Source: an uncultured bacterium
GTDB lineage: Bacteria; Krumholzibacteriota; Krumholzibacteriia; JACNKJ01
Length of the DNA stretch: 64,000 nucleotides
NCBI GenBank assembly: GCA_963695095.1
Contig: CAVOFT010000001.1
Location: 1,856,001-1,920,000 of the forward strand
Reading direction: 5' to 3'
Within the stretch, counting starts at the first letter, position 1. Every line of letters begins with the position of its first letter. Of this stretch, positions 1 to 7,789 are shown piece by piece. The position numbers and the translations under genes are program-made. Below the pieces are notes generated by a model. It was not told where the DNA came from. It searched no databases and was given only the letters and a program-made list of their open reading frames with translations.

Positions 1-170
1 AGCAAATCCGATTCTGCAATACGAGCAGCGCAGATTGAGCGATGAGGGCGCGCAGGGGTCCGGCGCGGCTGACCGCGGTGCTGGGCAGGCGTGGAAACGC
101 TGCGCCGTCCGACGCTGCCCCAGGGAGTGACCGGGAAGCGCCCGGCGGCCCCCCGCCCAGCGGGGAGGCA

Positions 171-187
171 TTGGCATCGGCCCTGCG
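171..187 (+). promoter_or_regulatory. Candidate sigma54 (-24/-12) promoter of flagellin
   Basis: TTGGCATCGGCCCTGCG: GG 173-174 and GC 185-186, exact GG-N10-GC spacing, ~110 nt upstream of the ATG. Confidence 0.6.
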
Positions 188-202
188 ATGTGCCGGCGCG
201 TG

Positions 203-294
203 ACCTCCCGGCGAAGGCTCGGGGAGGTGACAACCCGGATGCAAGACGGGACCACGGAGGATCCCCTGTAGGGGACGTCAAGGAGGATCGCTGA
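203..294 (+). promoter_or_regulatory. Structured flagellin 5' leader with several GGA (CsrA-type) motifs and RBS
   Basis: Hairpins ACCTCCC/GGGAGGT (203-228) and TCCCC-TGTA-GGGGA; CC-ACGGA-GG at 252-260; CAAGGAGG overlaps the Shine-Dalgarno. Confidence 0.5.
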
Positions 295-1743
295 ATGGCA
301 TTCCGCATCAATCACAACATCGCCTCGATGAACGCGTACCGGAACCTCGCGCGCAACGACAGGGGCTTCTCCGAGTCGCTCGAGCGCCTGAGTTCCGGCC
401 TGCGTATCAACAAGGCTGGCGACGACCCGGCGGGCCTGGTCGTCTCCGAGAACATGCGCGCACAGATCGCCGGCCTCGGCCAGGCGATCGAGAACAGCGA
501 ACTGGCCACGGCCATGGTGCAGACCGCCGAGGGCGCCCTGACCGAAGTGCACGCGCTGCTGACCAGCATGCGCGAGCTGGCCATCCACGCCGCGAACGAG
601 GGCGCCAACAGCGCCGCCGACCTCGCGGCCGACCAGTCGGAAATCACCAACGCCCTGGCCACCATCGACCGTATCGCCGGCCAGACCCAGTTCGGCACCA
701 AGAAGCTGCTGGACGGCTCCAACGGCGTCACCGGCACGGTGACCTCGGGCACGGTGTCCTTCCTCAGCGGCACGGGCGCCACCACGGCCGGCACCTACGA
801 CGTCGTGGTGACGACCCAGGCCGAGAAGGCCACCTTCACGACCACGAACACCGGGGCGATCGCGGGTATCACGGCCGACGAGACCTTGACCGTGACCAAT
901 GACGCGACCGGCGTCAGCGTGACGGTCAACCTCGAGGCCGGCGACAACCGGCAGACGATCATCGACAAGATCAACGCTTACAGCGACGAGACGCAGGTCG
1001 TGGCGACGACGAACGGCGCCAACAACATCAGCCTGACCAGCGCGGTCTGGGGCCGGGCCGGCGACTTCACGATCGTCTCCAGCCTGGAAGCGGTGGACGG
1101 CACGCAGAGCGGCTTCGCCGACGGGGCGGGCAACTCGGATGACGGCGTCAACATCGTGGGCACTTTCAACGTCGGCGCGACGGCGTATCAGGCGGACGGC
1201 CTGGGCGCCATCCTCACGGGCCGGGCGGGCAGCGTGGTCGAGGGCCTGCGGGTGCAGACCACGGCCGCGGCGGGCACGGCGGGCACGGTGACGGTGCGCA
1301 ACAACAGCCTGGTCTTCCAGGTGGGCGCCAATGCCGGGCAGCAGGTGACCCTCGCGATCAGCAACATGGCCGCCAGCATGGTGGGCACCGGCCTGGACGC
1401 TGCCAACGGCGGCGCCAACCAGTTCACCAGCCTGGCCGAGATCAGCATCCTGGACGCCGCCAAGGCGGCCGACTCGCTGGCCGTGATCGACAGGGCCATC
1501 GAGCAGGTGAGCACGATCCGCGGCACGCTGGGCGCCTTCCAGAGCAATACGCTGGAGAGCGGCGTCAACAACCTGCGCGTGGCCGAGGAGAACCTGGTCG
1601 CCGCCGAGTCGACGATCCGCGACACGGACATGGCCGCCGAGATGGCGACCTTCACCCGCAACCAGATCATGCTGCAGGCGGCCACGGCGATGCTCGCGCA
1701 CGCCAACTCCGCCCCCCAGGTGGTCTTGCAGCTGATGTCCTAG
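295..1743 (+). CDS. fliC: Flagellin
   Basis: N-term MAFRINHNIAS..ERLSSGLRINKAGDDPAGL; FQVGANAGQ; C-term ENLVAAESTIRDTDMAAEM..QAATAMLAHAN..VLQLM. Confidence 0.98.
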   Translation: MAFRINHNIASMNAYRNLARNDRGFSESLERLSSGLRINKAGDDPAGLVVSENMRAQIAGLGQAIENSELATAMVQTAEGALTEVHALLTSMRELAIHAANEGANSAADLAADQSEITNALATIDRIAGQTQFGTKKLLDGSNGVTGTVTSGTVSFLSGTGATTAGTYDVVVTTQAEKATFTTTNTGAIAGITADETLTVTNDATGVSVTVNLEAGDNRQTIIDKINAYSDETQVVATTNGANNISLTSAVWGRAGDFTIVSSLEAVDGTQSGFADGAGNSDDGVNIVGTFNVGATAYQADGLGAILTGRAGSVVEGLRVQTTAAAGTAGTVTVRNNSLVFQVGANAGQQVTLAISNMAASMVGTGLDAANGGANQFTSLAEISILDAAKAADSLAVIDRAIEQVSTIRGTLGAFQSNTLESGVNNLRVAEENLVAAESTIRDTDMAAEMATFTRNQIMLQAATAMLAHANSAPQVVLQLMS

Positions 1744-1772
1744 GGTCGACAGGCCATTCCGGCAATCCTCAA

Positions 1773-1807
1773 GGCTTCCCCCCGCCCGGGGGGGAGCCGT
1801 TTTTTTT
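1773..1807 (+). terminator. Rho-independent terminator after fliC
   Basis: GGCTTCCCCCC/GGGGGGAGCC stem followed by a run of 8 T. Confidence 0.9.
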
Positions 1808-1820
1808 GGCGGCTTGAGGC

Positions 1821-1848
1821 TCAAGCGGATCCCCCCAGACGCCGATAA
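1821..1848 (+). promoter_or_regulatory. Sigma28 (FliA) promoter of the fliD operon
   Basis: TCAAG-N15-GCCGATAA, perfect -10 element, directly after the terminator. Confidence 0.8.
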
Positions 1849-1940
1849 CCTGTGCGGGAGCCGCGGGAGGGCTCCCGGAGCGTCAGCGCCGGGCTCCAGC
1901 CCGAGCTCGGATTCAGGCCCGCTACAGGGGAGGAGCCGAC

Positions 1941-4286
1941 ATGCCCTTGGGTCTCAACTCCATTTCCGGATTGCTCAGCGGCATCGACACCGCGACCCTC
2001 GTCGACAAGATCATGCAGTTCGAGCGGCGGCCGGCCTACCTGCTCGAGGCGAGCAAGGCCAGGTCGGAACTGACGCTAGCCGGCTTCGGTGCCCTCGAGG
2101 CGGCCCTCGCCAACCTGCGCGGGGCCGTGGAAGGGCTGCGGCGGCCCTCGGACTTCCGCGGCATGCTCGGCAGCAGCTCCCATCCGGAATCGATCACGGC
2201 CAGCGTCGGCCGCAGTGCGGCCGCCGGCGTCTACAACCTGCGCATCGCCCAGCTCGCGCAGGGCCACCAGGTCGTCAGCAACGGCTTCGCCGATGACGAG
2301 GCGAGCCTGGGCACCGGCACCGTGACGCTCAGCCTGGCGGGGGAGGCGGCGGTCACCGTCACGCTGACCGACGGCAACGACAGCCTGCAAGATCTGGCGG
2401 CGGCCATCAACCAGGCCGGCGGCGGCATCACGGCGATGGTGGTGAACACGGGCACGGGCCAGACGCCTTACCAGCTCATCCTCTCGGGCAACAGCACGGG
2501 CGCCGCGCAGACGATCAGCGTCAGCAGCGAGCTCAGCGGCGGCAGCGGTATCAGCTTCGGCACGGTGGCCGGCGTCGTCATCGATCAGCAGACCGGCTCG
2601 AGCAGCATTGCCAGCGGCGGTCACTTCACCGGCGGCACCGACGGCAGCTACAGCTTCACGGTGACGACGGGCGGCGTCGTCGGCAGCGACACCATCGTCA
2701 TCGACTGGACCAGCGACCAGGGCGAAAGCGGACAGCTCACCCTGGACAGCGATTACGCCGGCGAGGCGCTGACCGTGCAGGGCAGCCTGACCCTCAGCTT
2801 CGGCGCCGGCGATCTGCAGGCGGGCGACGCCTGGAGCGTCAGCGCCGTCAGCAGCACCATCCAGGGGGCCCAGGATGCCCTGATCAGCTTCGGCAGCAAC
2901 TCCCCGATCACGATCGCCAGCGCGACGAACACGGTGAGCGGACTCATCGAGGGCGTCACGCTGAACCTGCTGGCCGCCGATGCGGAGCAGACGGTGACGG
3001 TCAAGGTGGAGCACGATGTCGAGAGCCTCGTCGACAGTCTGGACGGCTTCGTGACCAAGTACAACGCCGCGCTCGACTTCCTGCTCGAGCAGTTCGCCTA
3101 CAATCCGGACACCGAGAACGCGGGCATCCTGCTCGGAGACCGCACGGCGATGCGCCTGGAGAGCTCGATTCGCAGCGACGTCATGCGCTCCGTCGCCGGC
3201 CTGGCCGGCGAGCTGAATCAGCTGGCCGAAATCGGCATCGGCACCAGCATGGGCGGGGCACTGGACTACGATGGCAAGCTGAGCATCGACGAGGACATCC
3301 TCCGCGAGGCGATTCGCACGGATCTCGATGGCGTGGTCGCTCTGCTCGGCAGCACGGGCACGAGCAGCGACGAGGACATCATCTTCCTCAACGCCGGTCT
3401 CGGCGTGCAGCCGACGGGAGGCCAGAGCGGCTACCAGGTGGTCATCACCCAGGCCGCTACCCAGGGCAGGCTCAACGGCGGCGTCTTCGCGGCGCCCTCG
3501 CCCGGGGTGCCTTTCACCGTGGGCGCCGGCGACAACCAGCTGCGCCTGAAGGTGGACGGCGTCTCCAGCGGCGCGATCGATGTTCCCGCTGGCAGCTACG
3601 CCAGCGGCGAGGCGCTGGCGGCAGCCATCCAGGAGGCCGTCAATGCCGACGCCGGACTGGGCGGCAAGACCGTCGGCGTGAGCTGGGAAGACGCCGGCGG
3701 CGGCCAGGGCCGGCTCGTCATCACGAGCCGGAGCTGGGGGGGCAACAGCAAGGTCACCCTCGAGGCGACCGAGGGCGCGCTCGCCGATCAGCTGGGCCTG
3801 ACCGGCGGCAGCCCGCTGGTCGGCCACGACGTTGCGGGCCACTTCCTCGTGAACGGGGCCGTGCAGGAGGCCACCGGCTCGGGCCGCATCCTCACCGGCA
3901 GCGCGAGCAACGCGGCGACGGACGGGCTCAGCGTCCAGGTCAACCTCACGGAGACGTCGCTGGCAGCGCAGGGCCAGGCGCAGGGCAGCGTGCGCGTCTG
4001 GAGCGGCGTCACCGATCGGCTCTACCGCACCCTCGACGGGGCCCTGGACAGCGTGGACGGCATCCTCACGATCAAGCAGGACAGCCTGCGCGATACCATT
4101 GCCGACTACGAGAAGCAGGTCAAATCGATCGACGCCCGCCTGGCCAAGCGCAAGGACCGCTACTTGGCCGAATTCATCCGCATGGAGAGCCTGCTCGCCG
4201 AGATGTCGGCCACCAGCAGCGCCATGAACTCCATGCTCGCCAATATCTCGGCAGTCTCGACCAGCTCCAGTTCGAGCAACGGGTAG
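1941..4286 (+). CDS. fliD: Flagellar filament cap protein, long form (781 aa)
   Basis: ISGLLSGIDTATLVDKIM N-term; QLAQGHQ; SATNTVSGLIEGVTLNL; FVTKYNA; C-term coiled coil RYLAEFIRMESLLAEM. Confidence 0.95.
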   Translation: MPLGLNSISGLLSGIDTATLVDKIMQFERRPAYLLEASKARSELTLAGFGALEAALANLRGAVEGLRRPSDFRGMLGSSSHPESITASVGRSAAAGVYNLRIAQLAQGHQVVSNGFADDEASLGTGTVTLSLAGEAAVTVTLTDGNDSLQDLAAAINQAGGGITAMVVNTGTGQTPYQLILSGNSTGAAQTISVSSELSGGSGISFGTVAGVVIDQQTGSSSIASGGHFTGGTDGSYSFTVTTGGVVGSDTIVIDWTSDQGESGQLTLDSDYAGEALTVQGSLTLSFGAGDLQAGDAWSVSAVSSTIQGAQDALISFGSNSPITIASATNTVSGLIEGVTLNLLAADAEQTVTVKVEHDVESLVDSLDGFVTKYNAALDFLLEQFAYNPDTENAGILLGDRTAMRLESSIRSDVMRSVAGLAGELNQLAEIGIGTSMGGALDYDGKLSIDEDILREAIRTDLDGVVALLGSTGTSSDEDIIFLNAGLGVQPTGGQSGYQVVITQAATQGRLNGGVFAAPSPGVPFTVGAGDNQLRLKVDGVSSGAIDVPAGSYASGEALAAAIQEAVNADAGLGGKTVGVSWEDAGGGQGRLVITSRSWGGNSKVTLEATEGALADQLGLTGGSPLVGHDVAGHFLVNGAVQEATGSGRILTGSASNAATDGLSVQVNLTETSLAAQGQAQGSVRVWSGVTDRLYRTLDGALDSVDGILTIKQDSLRDTIADYEKQVKSIDARLAKRKDRYLAEFIRMESLLAEMSATSSAMNSMLANISAVSTSSSSSNG

Positions 4287-4289
4287 GGC

Positions 4290-4802
4290 ATGACAGTACT
4301 CGATCCGACCGGCGCCCTCGTGGCGCCCGAGCGCCGCGAAGGCGAGCCCCAGGACGGCGTGCGCAGCGGCGGGCAGGCGCGGCCTGCCCAGGGCCAACAG
4401 CAGCGAGCGCAGCGCGCCTACCAGGAGAGCCGCGTTCGCGGCGCCGATCCCCAGCAGCTGCTCGCCCTGCTCTATGACGGGCTCCTGCAGAGCGTGCGCG
4501 CCGGCCAGACGGCCCTCGGCGAACGCGACTGGGAGGCGGCGCAGGCTGAGCTCAGCAAGGCGCGGCGGATTGTCACCTATCTGAGCAACTCCCTGCGCCC
4601 CGAAGGCGGGGCGATCACCGAGCGCCTGCGGCCCTTGTACGCTTTTTGCTTCGAACGCATCGGCCGCGCCAGCCTGGAGCAGCGGCCCGAGCTGCTCGAT
4701 GGGGTGGCGAAGGTGGTCGGCGAACTGAACGGCGCCTGGAGCGCGCTTGCGGGCAGCCGGCGGGAGCCGGCGGCCGGCCGGCAGGAGCAACATGAGCCCT
4801 GA
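4290..4802 (+). CDS. fliS: Flagellin export chaperone
   Basis: AYQESRVRGADPQQLLALLYDG..LSKARRIVTYLSNSL..LRPLY..ELNGAW; follows fliD. Confidence 0.92.
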   Translation: MTVLDPTGALVAPERREGEPQDGVRSGGQARPAQGQQQRAQRAYQESRVRGADPQQLLALLYDGLLQSVRAGQTALGERDWEAAQAELSKARRIVTYLSNSLRPEGGAITERLRPLYAFCFERIGRASLEQRPELLDGVAKVVGELNGAWSALAGSRREPAAGRQEQHEP

Positions 4803-5133
4803 GTCCATTGCCCGTGCCCAGCTGGAAGGACTCGGCGTTCTGGCTGCCGAGCGCCTGGCCGCCGCGCGCCGCGGCGACTGGCAGGGCTTGGCCGCCTTGG
4901 AGAGCCAGCGACGGGAAGCGCTGGACGCCATCGTTCCGCAGGATCTGGCTGCCCTGGCGGCGACGGCCCCGGAGGCCCTCAGCGCGCTGCGGCAGGAGTT
5001 GGGCGAGCGGGACCGTCTGATCGAATGCGCCCTGCGCAAGGCACTGGCCGCGAGGGCCAGCGCTGCAGCCGAAGCTCAGGCTCAGCAACGCGCGGAGCGG
5101 GGCTACCTCAAGGGGTCCCCCGCGTCCTCTTGA
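4792..5133 (+). CDS. Small helical protein, FliT-like by position
   Basis: RBS CAGGAG before ATG 4792; AARRGDWQGLAALESQRREAL resembles FliT; follows fliD-fliS. Confidence 0.55.
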   Translation: MSPESIARAQLEGLGVLAAERLAAARRGDWQGLAALESQRREALDAIVPQDLAALAATAPEALSALRQELGERDRLIECALRKALAARASAAAEAQAQQRAERGYLKGSPASS

Positions 5134-5149
5134 CGGCCTAGAGCTTGCT
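5134..5149 (+). promoter_or_regulatory. Candidate sigma54 promoter of flgM
   Basis: CGGCCTAGAGCTTGCT: GG 5135-5136, TTGC ending 5148, exact spacing; -24 box imperfect. Confidence 0.5.
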
Positions 5150-5183
5150 ACCGTTCCGGATGAGGCCCCAGGATCGGAGGAAC

Positions 5184-5558
5184 ATGGTGGAGATCGGCAA
5201 GTCCGCAGCCGTTCACGGTCAGGAATTGGCCAAGCTCTACGGGCAGCGCGCCGAATCGGAGGGCGCCCCGGAGGTCTCGGACCAGCAAGCCACGCAGAAT
5301 CGCCCGGTAGGGACGGGCGAGGGCAGGGCCGCCGTCATGGTGCAAATCAGCCCCGAGGCGCGCGATCGGGCCGAGCGCGAAGAAGCGCTCGCCGCCGCCA
5401 AGGCCGTCTACCCGGATCTGCCACCCATCCGGGCCGATGTCGTGGAGGCCGTCCGCCAGCGCCTGGAGGCGGGTTTCTACGAGACCCCGGCTGTCAAGGA
5501 TGCGCTCGTCGAGCGCCTCCTGCCCCTGGCCCGCCGTCTGGAGGCTGGCTCCCGCTAG
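5184..5558 (+). CDS. flgM: Anti-sigma28 factor FlgM-like
   Basis: RBS GGAGG; VQISPEAR and C-term IRADVVEAVRQRLEAGFY..ALVERLL match the FlgM pattern. Confidence 0.7.
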   Translation: MVEIGKSAAVHGQELAKLYGQRAESEGAPEVSDQQATQNRPVGTGEGRAAVMVQISPEARDRAEREEALAAAKAVYPDLPPIRADVVEAVRQRLEAGFYETPAVKDALVERLLPLARRLEAGSR

Positions 5559-5704
5559 GCCGTCCTCGGCCCAGCTGCACGGCAGTCCGGGCGCTGCGGG
5601 CCCCATGACGGTCCGCTCCCGGTGTTGGCAAAAAATCTTGCGGCTTTGGACAATGCCTGCTAGGCACTGCTGCAGTGCGCGCTCCGCGCGACGGGGGGAG
5701 AGCA

Positions 5705-7789
5705 GTGCAGCAGGCGGCCCAATCGCGGATTCTCCGCGTGATCTCCGAGACGGCGTTGAGCGGGGCATCCCTGGGCATCCCGGCTGCGCCGGACGGGTGG
5801 CGGGTGGAGTTCGAGCAGCTTGCGGATGCCGAGCTCGAGCGGGAAGCCCCCGACCTGCTCCTCCTCGCTCTGCCGCCGGAGAGCCCCGGCCTGAGCGTCT
5901 GGCTGGGCCGCTTCCGCCTCCTCAATCCCCAGTGCCAGGTTCTGCTCGCCGAAGGCGCCGAGGATGCCATCTGGTACCGAGCGGCCATCGCCCTGGGTGT
6001 GGACGGCCTGCTGCCCTCGCCGATGGCGCCGGCCGACTGGCTGCACACCCTGGCGGCCAGCGCCGAGGCCCTCGGCGCGGCCGACGCCCAGCGGCGCGTC
6101 GTCGGCGATCTGGAGCGCAGCTCCCAGTCCCTGGCCGAGAGCCGGCGCCAGCTGGCGGGGCTCCTGCTCCAATCCTACGAGCAGCTGGGCCGCGTCCATC
6201 GGGAGCTGGAGCGGCGCCTCGAGCAGCTGTCCGTGCTCTATCGCCTCGGCCGGGATCTCGGGCGGGAGCAGAACTGGGATCGCGCCCTCGATGAGTTTCT
6301 GAAGTCATGTGTTGATAGCCTTGGATTCAAAGGCGTTGCGCTACTGCTTTGGAGCTTCGATTCGCGGCGCTTGGCCGTCCGCGCCGAGCTGGCCCTGGCC
6401 GGCGACAGCCTCCTCGGCGCCCTGCGCCGCCTCAGCGCGCTCTCCGGCGAGCGGCTCGGCGGGGCCGGAGTGCTCGGGCTCGCCGTGGACCGGGAGCTGT
6501 TGCTGGGGGAGGCCCTGCGCGGGCGCATCGCCGAGGCCGAGTTGCTGGCGCTGCCCCTGGCGATGGGCGAGGAGGCAGAGGGCTTCCTCGTCTTTCGCAA
6601 GCCCTACCCGACGGCCGCCGAGCTCGATGCCGACTTCCACTTCTTGAAGACCGTGCAGACCCTGCTGGGCGAGGCGATCGGCGGCGCGAAGGCGATGCAT
6701 CGGCTCAAGCGCCTGGACGCCTTCAATCGCAGCGTGCTGGAAAGCGTGCACGCGGCCGTCCTCACGGTGGATGGCGAGGGCCTGGTCAGCTACCGCAACC
6801 CGCGGGCGGCCGCCCTCTTCGGCGCGCGGCTCGTGCCGGGCGCGCCCTTCGCCTTCGACAGCGGCTTCCACCTCCTGGACGCGGAGCCGGGCGAGGGCTC
6901 GGGCCTGGGAGAACAGGACTGGATCCAGCGCGACTGCCGGCTGAGCGGTGCCGGGGAGCCCGAGCGGCGGCTCCTGCTGTCGGTCACCTGCCTGACGCCG
7001 CGCCACGCGAGCGAAGTGCGGCACGTGCTCGTCTGCGAGGACCTCACCGACTACAAGCGACTGGAAGCCGAACTCCGCCAGGCCGAGCGCCTGAGCAGCC
7101 TGGGCCAGCTCTCGGCGGGCATGGCCCACGAGATCCGCAATCCGCTGGCCGGGATCGCGATGACCGCCCAGGTCCTCAAGTCGCGCCTGGGCGAGCGCCC
7201 GGACGCGGATCCCTACCTCGAGCGCATCCAGGCCGAGATCCAGCGCCTGGAGCGCATCGTGCGCAGCCTGCTCGAGTTCAGCCGACCGGCGCGGCCGCGG
7301 CTGGCGCCTCTGGACCTGGCGGCCACTGCCCGTCGCGTGCTGGAGGACCTGGCCGGTCAGGCGGCGGCGGCGGGCATCGAACTCGTCCCACCGGATGCCG
7401 CGGCGCCCGGGCCGGCTCTCGCCGACGGCGATCAGATCCACCAGGTGCTGCTGAATCTGGTCCAGAACGCCCTGCAGGCCTGCCGGGCCGGCGATCGCGT
7501 GGGGATCGCCCTGGAGCGCGCGGCGGCCGTCGGCGGCGCGGATCGCCTGCACCTGCGCGTCTGGGACAGCGGGCCCGGGGTGGCGGAGGCGGCCCGGAGC
7601 CGCCTCTTCGAGCCCTTCTTCACGACGAAGGCGGAGGGCACGGGCCTCGGCCTGGCCGTCTGCCGGCAGATTCTCGAGGAGCATGGCGGGCGCATCGAGT
7701 ATCGCCCGCGCCCCATGGGCGGAGCCGAGTTCTGCCTCCAACTCAGTCCGATCCCCGATCCACCCCGCAGCGAGGAGACGTCAGCGTGA
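5705..7789 (+). CDS. Cytoplasmic histidine kinase: pseudo-receiver, coiled coil, GAF-like, PAS, HisKA, HATPase
   Basis: H-box MAHEIRNPL, N-box LLNLVQNA, DSGPG, EPFFTTK, GTGLGL; no TM helix seen; start GTG 5705 (alternative 5675). Confidence 0.9.
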   Translation: MQQAAQSRILRVISETALSGASLGIPAAPDGWRVEFEQLADAELEREAPDLLLLALPPESPGLSVWLGRFRLLNPQCQVLLAEGAEDAIWYRAAIALGVDGLLPSPMAPADWLHTLAASAEALGAADAQRRVVGDLERSSQSLAESRRQLAGLLLQSYEQLGRVHRELERRLEQLSVLYRLGRDLGREQNWDRALDEFLKSCVDSLGFKGVALLLWSFDSRRLAVRAELALAGDSLLGALRRLSALSGERLGGAGVLGLAVDRELLLGEALRGRIAEAELLALPLAMGEEAEGFLVFRKPYPTAAELDADFHFLKTVQTLLGEAIGGAKAMHRLKRLDAFNRSVLESVHAAVLTVDGEGLVSYRNPRAAALFGARLVPGAPFAFDSGFHLLDAEPGEGSGLGEQDWIQRDCRLSGAGEPERRLLLSVTCLTPRHASEVRHVLVCEDLTDYKRLEAELRQAERLSSLGQLSAGMAHEIRNPLAGIAMTAQVLKSRLGERPDADPYLERIQAEIQRLERIVRSLLEFSRPARPRLAPLDLAATARRVLEDLAGQAAAAGIELVPPDAAAPGPALADGDQIHQVLLNLVQNALQACRAGDRVGIALERAAAVGGADRLHLRVWDSGPGVAEAARSRLFEPFFTTKAEGTGLGLAVCRQILEEHGGRIEYRPRPMGGAEFCLQLSPIPDPPRSEETSA

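Noticed and set aside
91..294. 67-aa ORF in frame with fliC, stopping right before its ATG
   Set aside because: Arg/Pro-rich, no RBS, overlaps the promoter and leader; flagellin has a canonical N-terminus at 295
2076..5039. 987-aa antisense ORF
   Set aside because: Shadow of GC3-biased sense genes; no recognisable motifs
5626..5641. TGGCAAAAAATCTTGC as a sigma54 promoter for the kinase
   Set aside because: Spacing is GG-N11-GC, one base too long; valid only if the A6 run is over-called, which reads could test
6349..7785. Long N-terminal extension of the response regulator ORF (also seen for ORFs at 10720, 17088, 39604, 46078, 47091)
   Set aside because: Out-of-frame overlap with the real upstream gene; true starts are at coupled GTG/ATG codons
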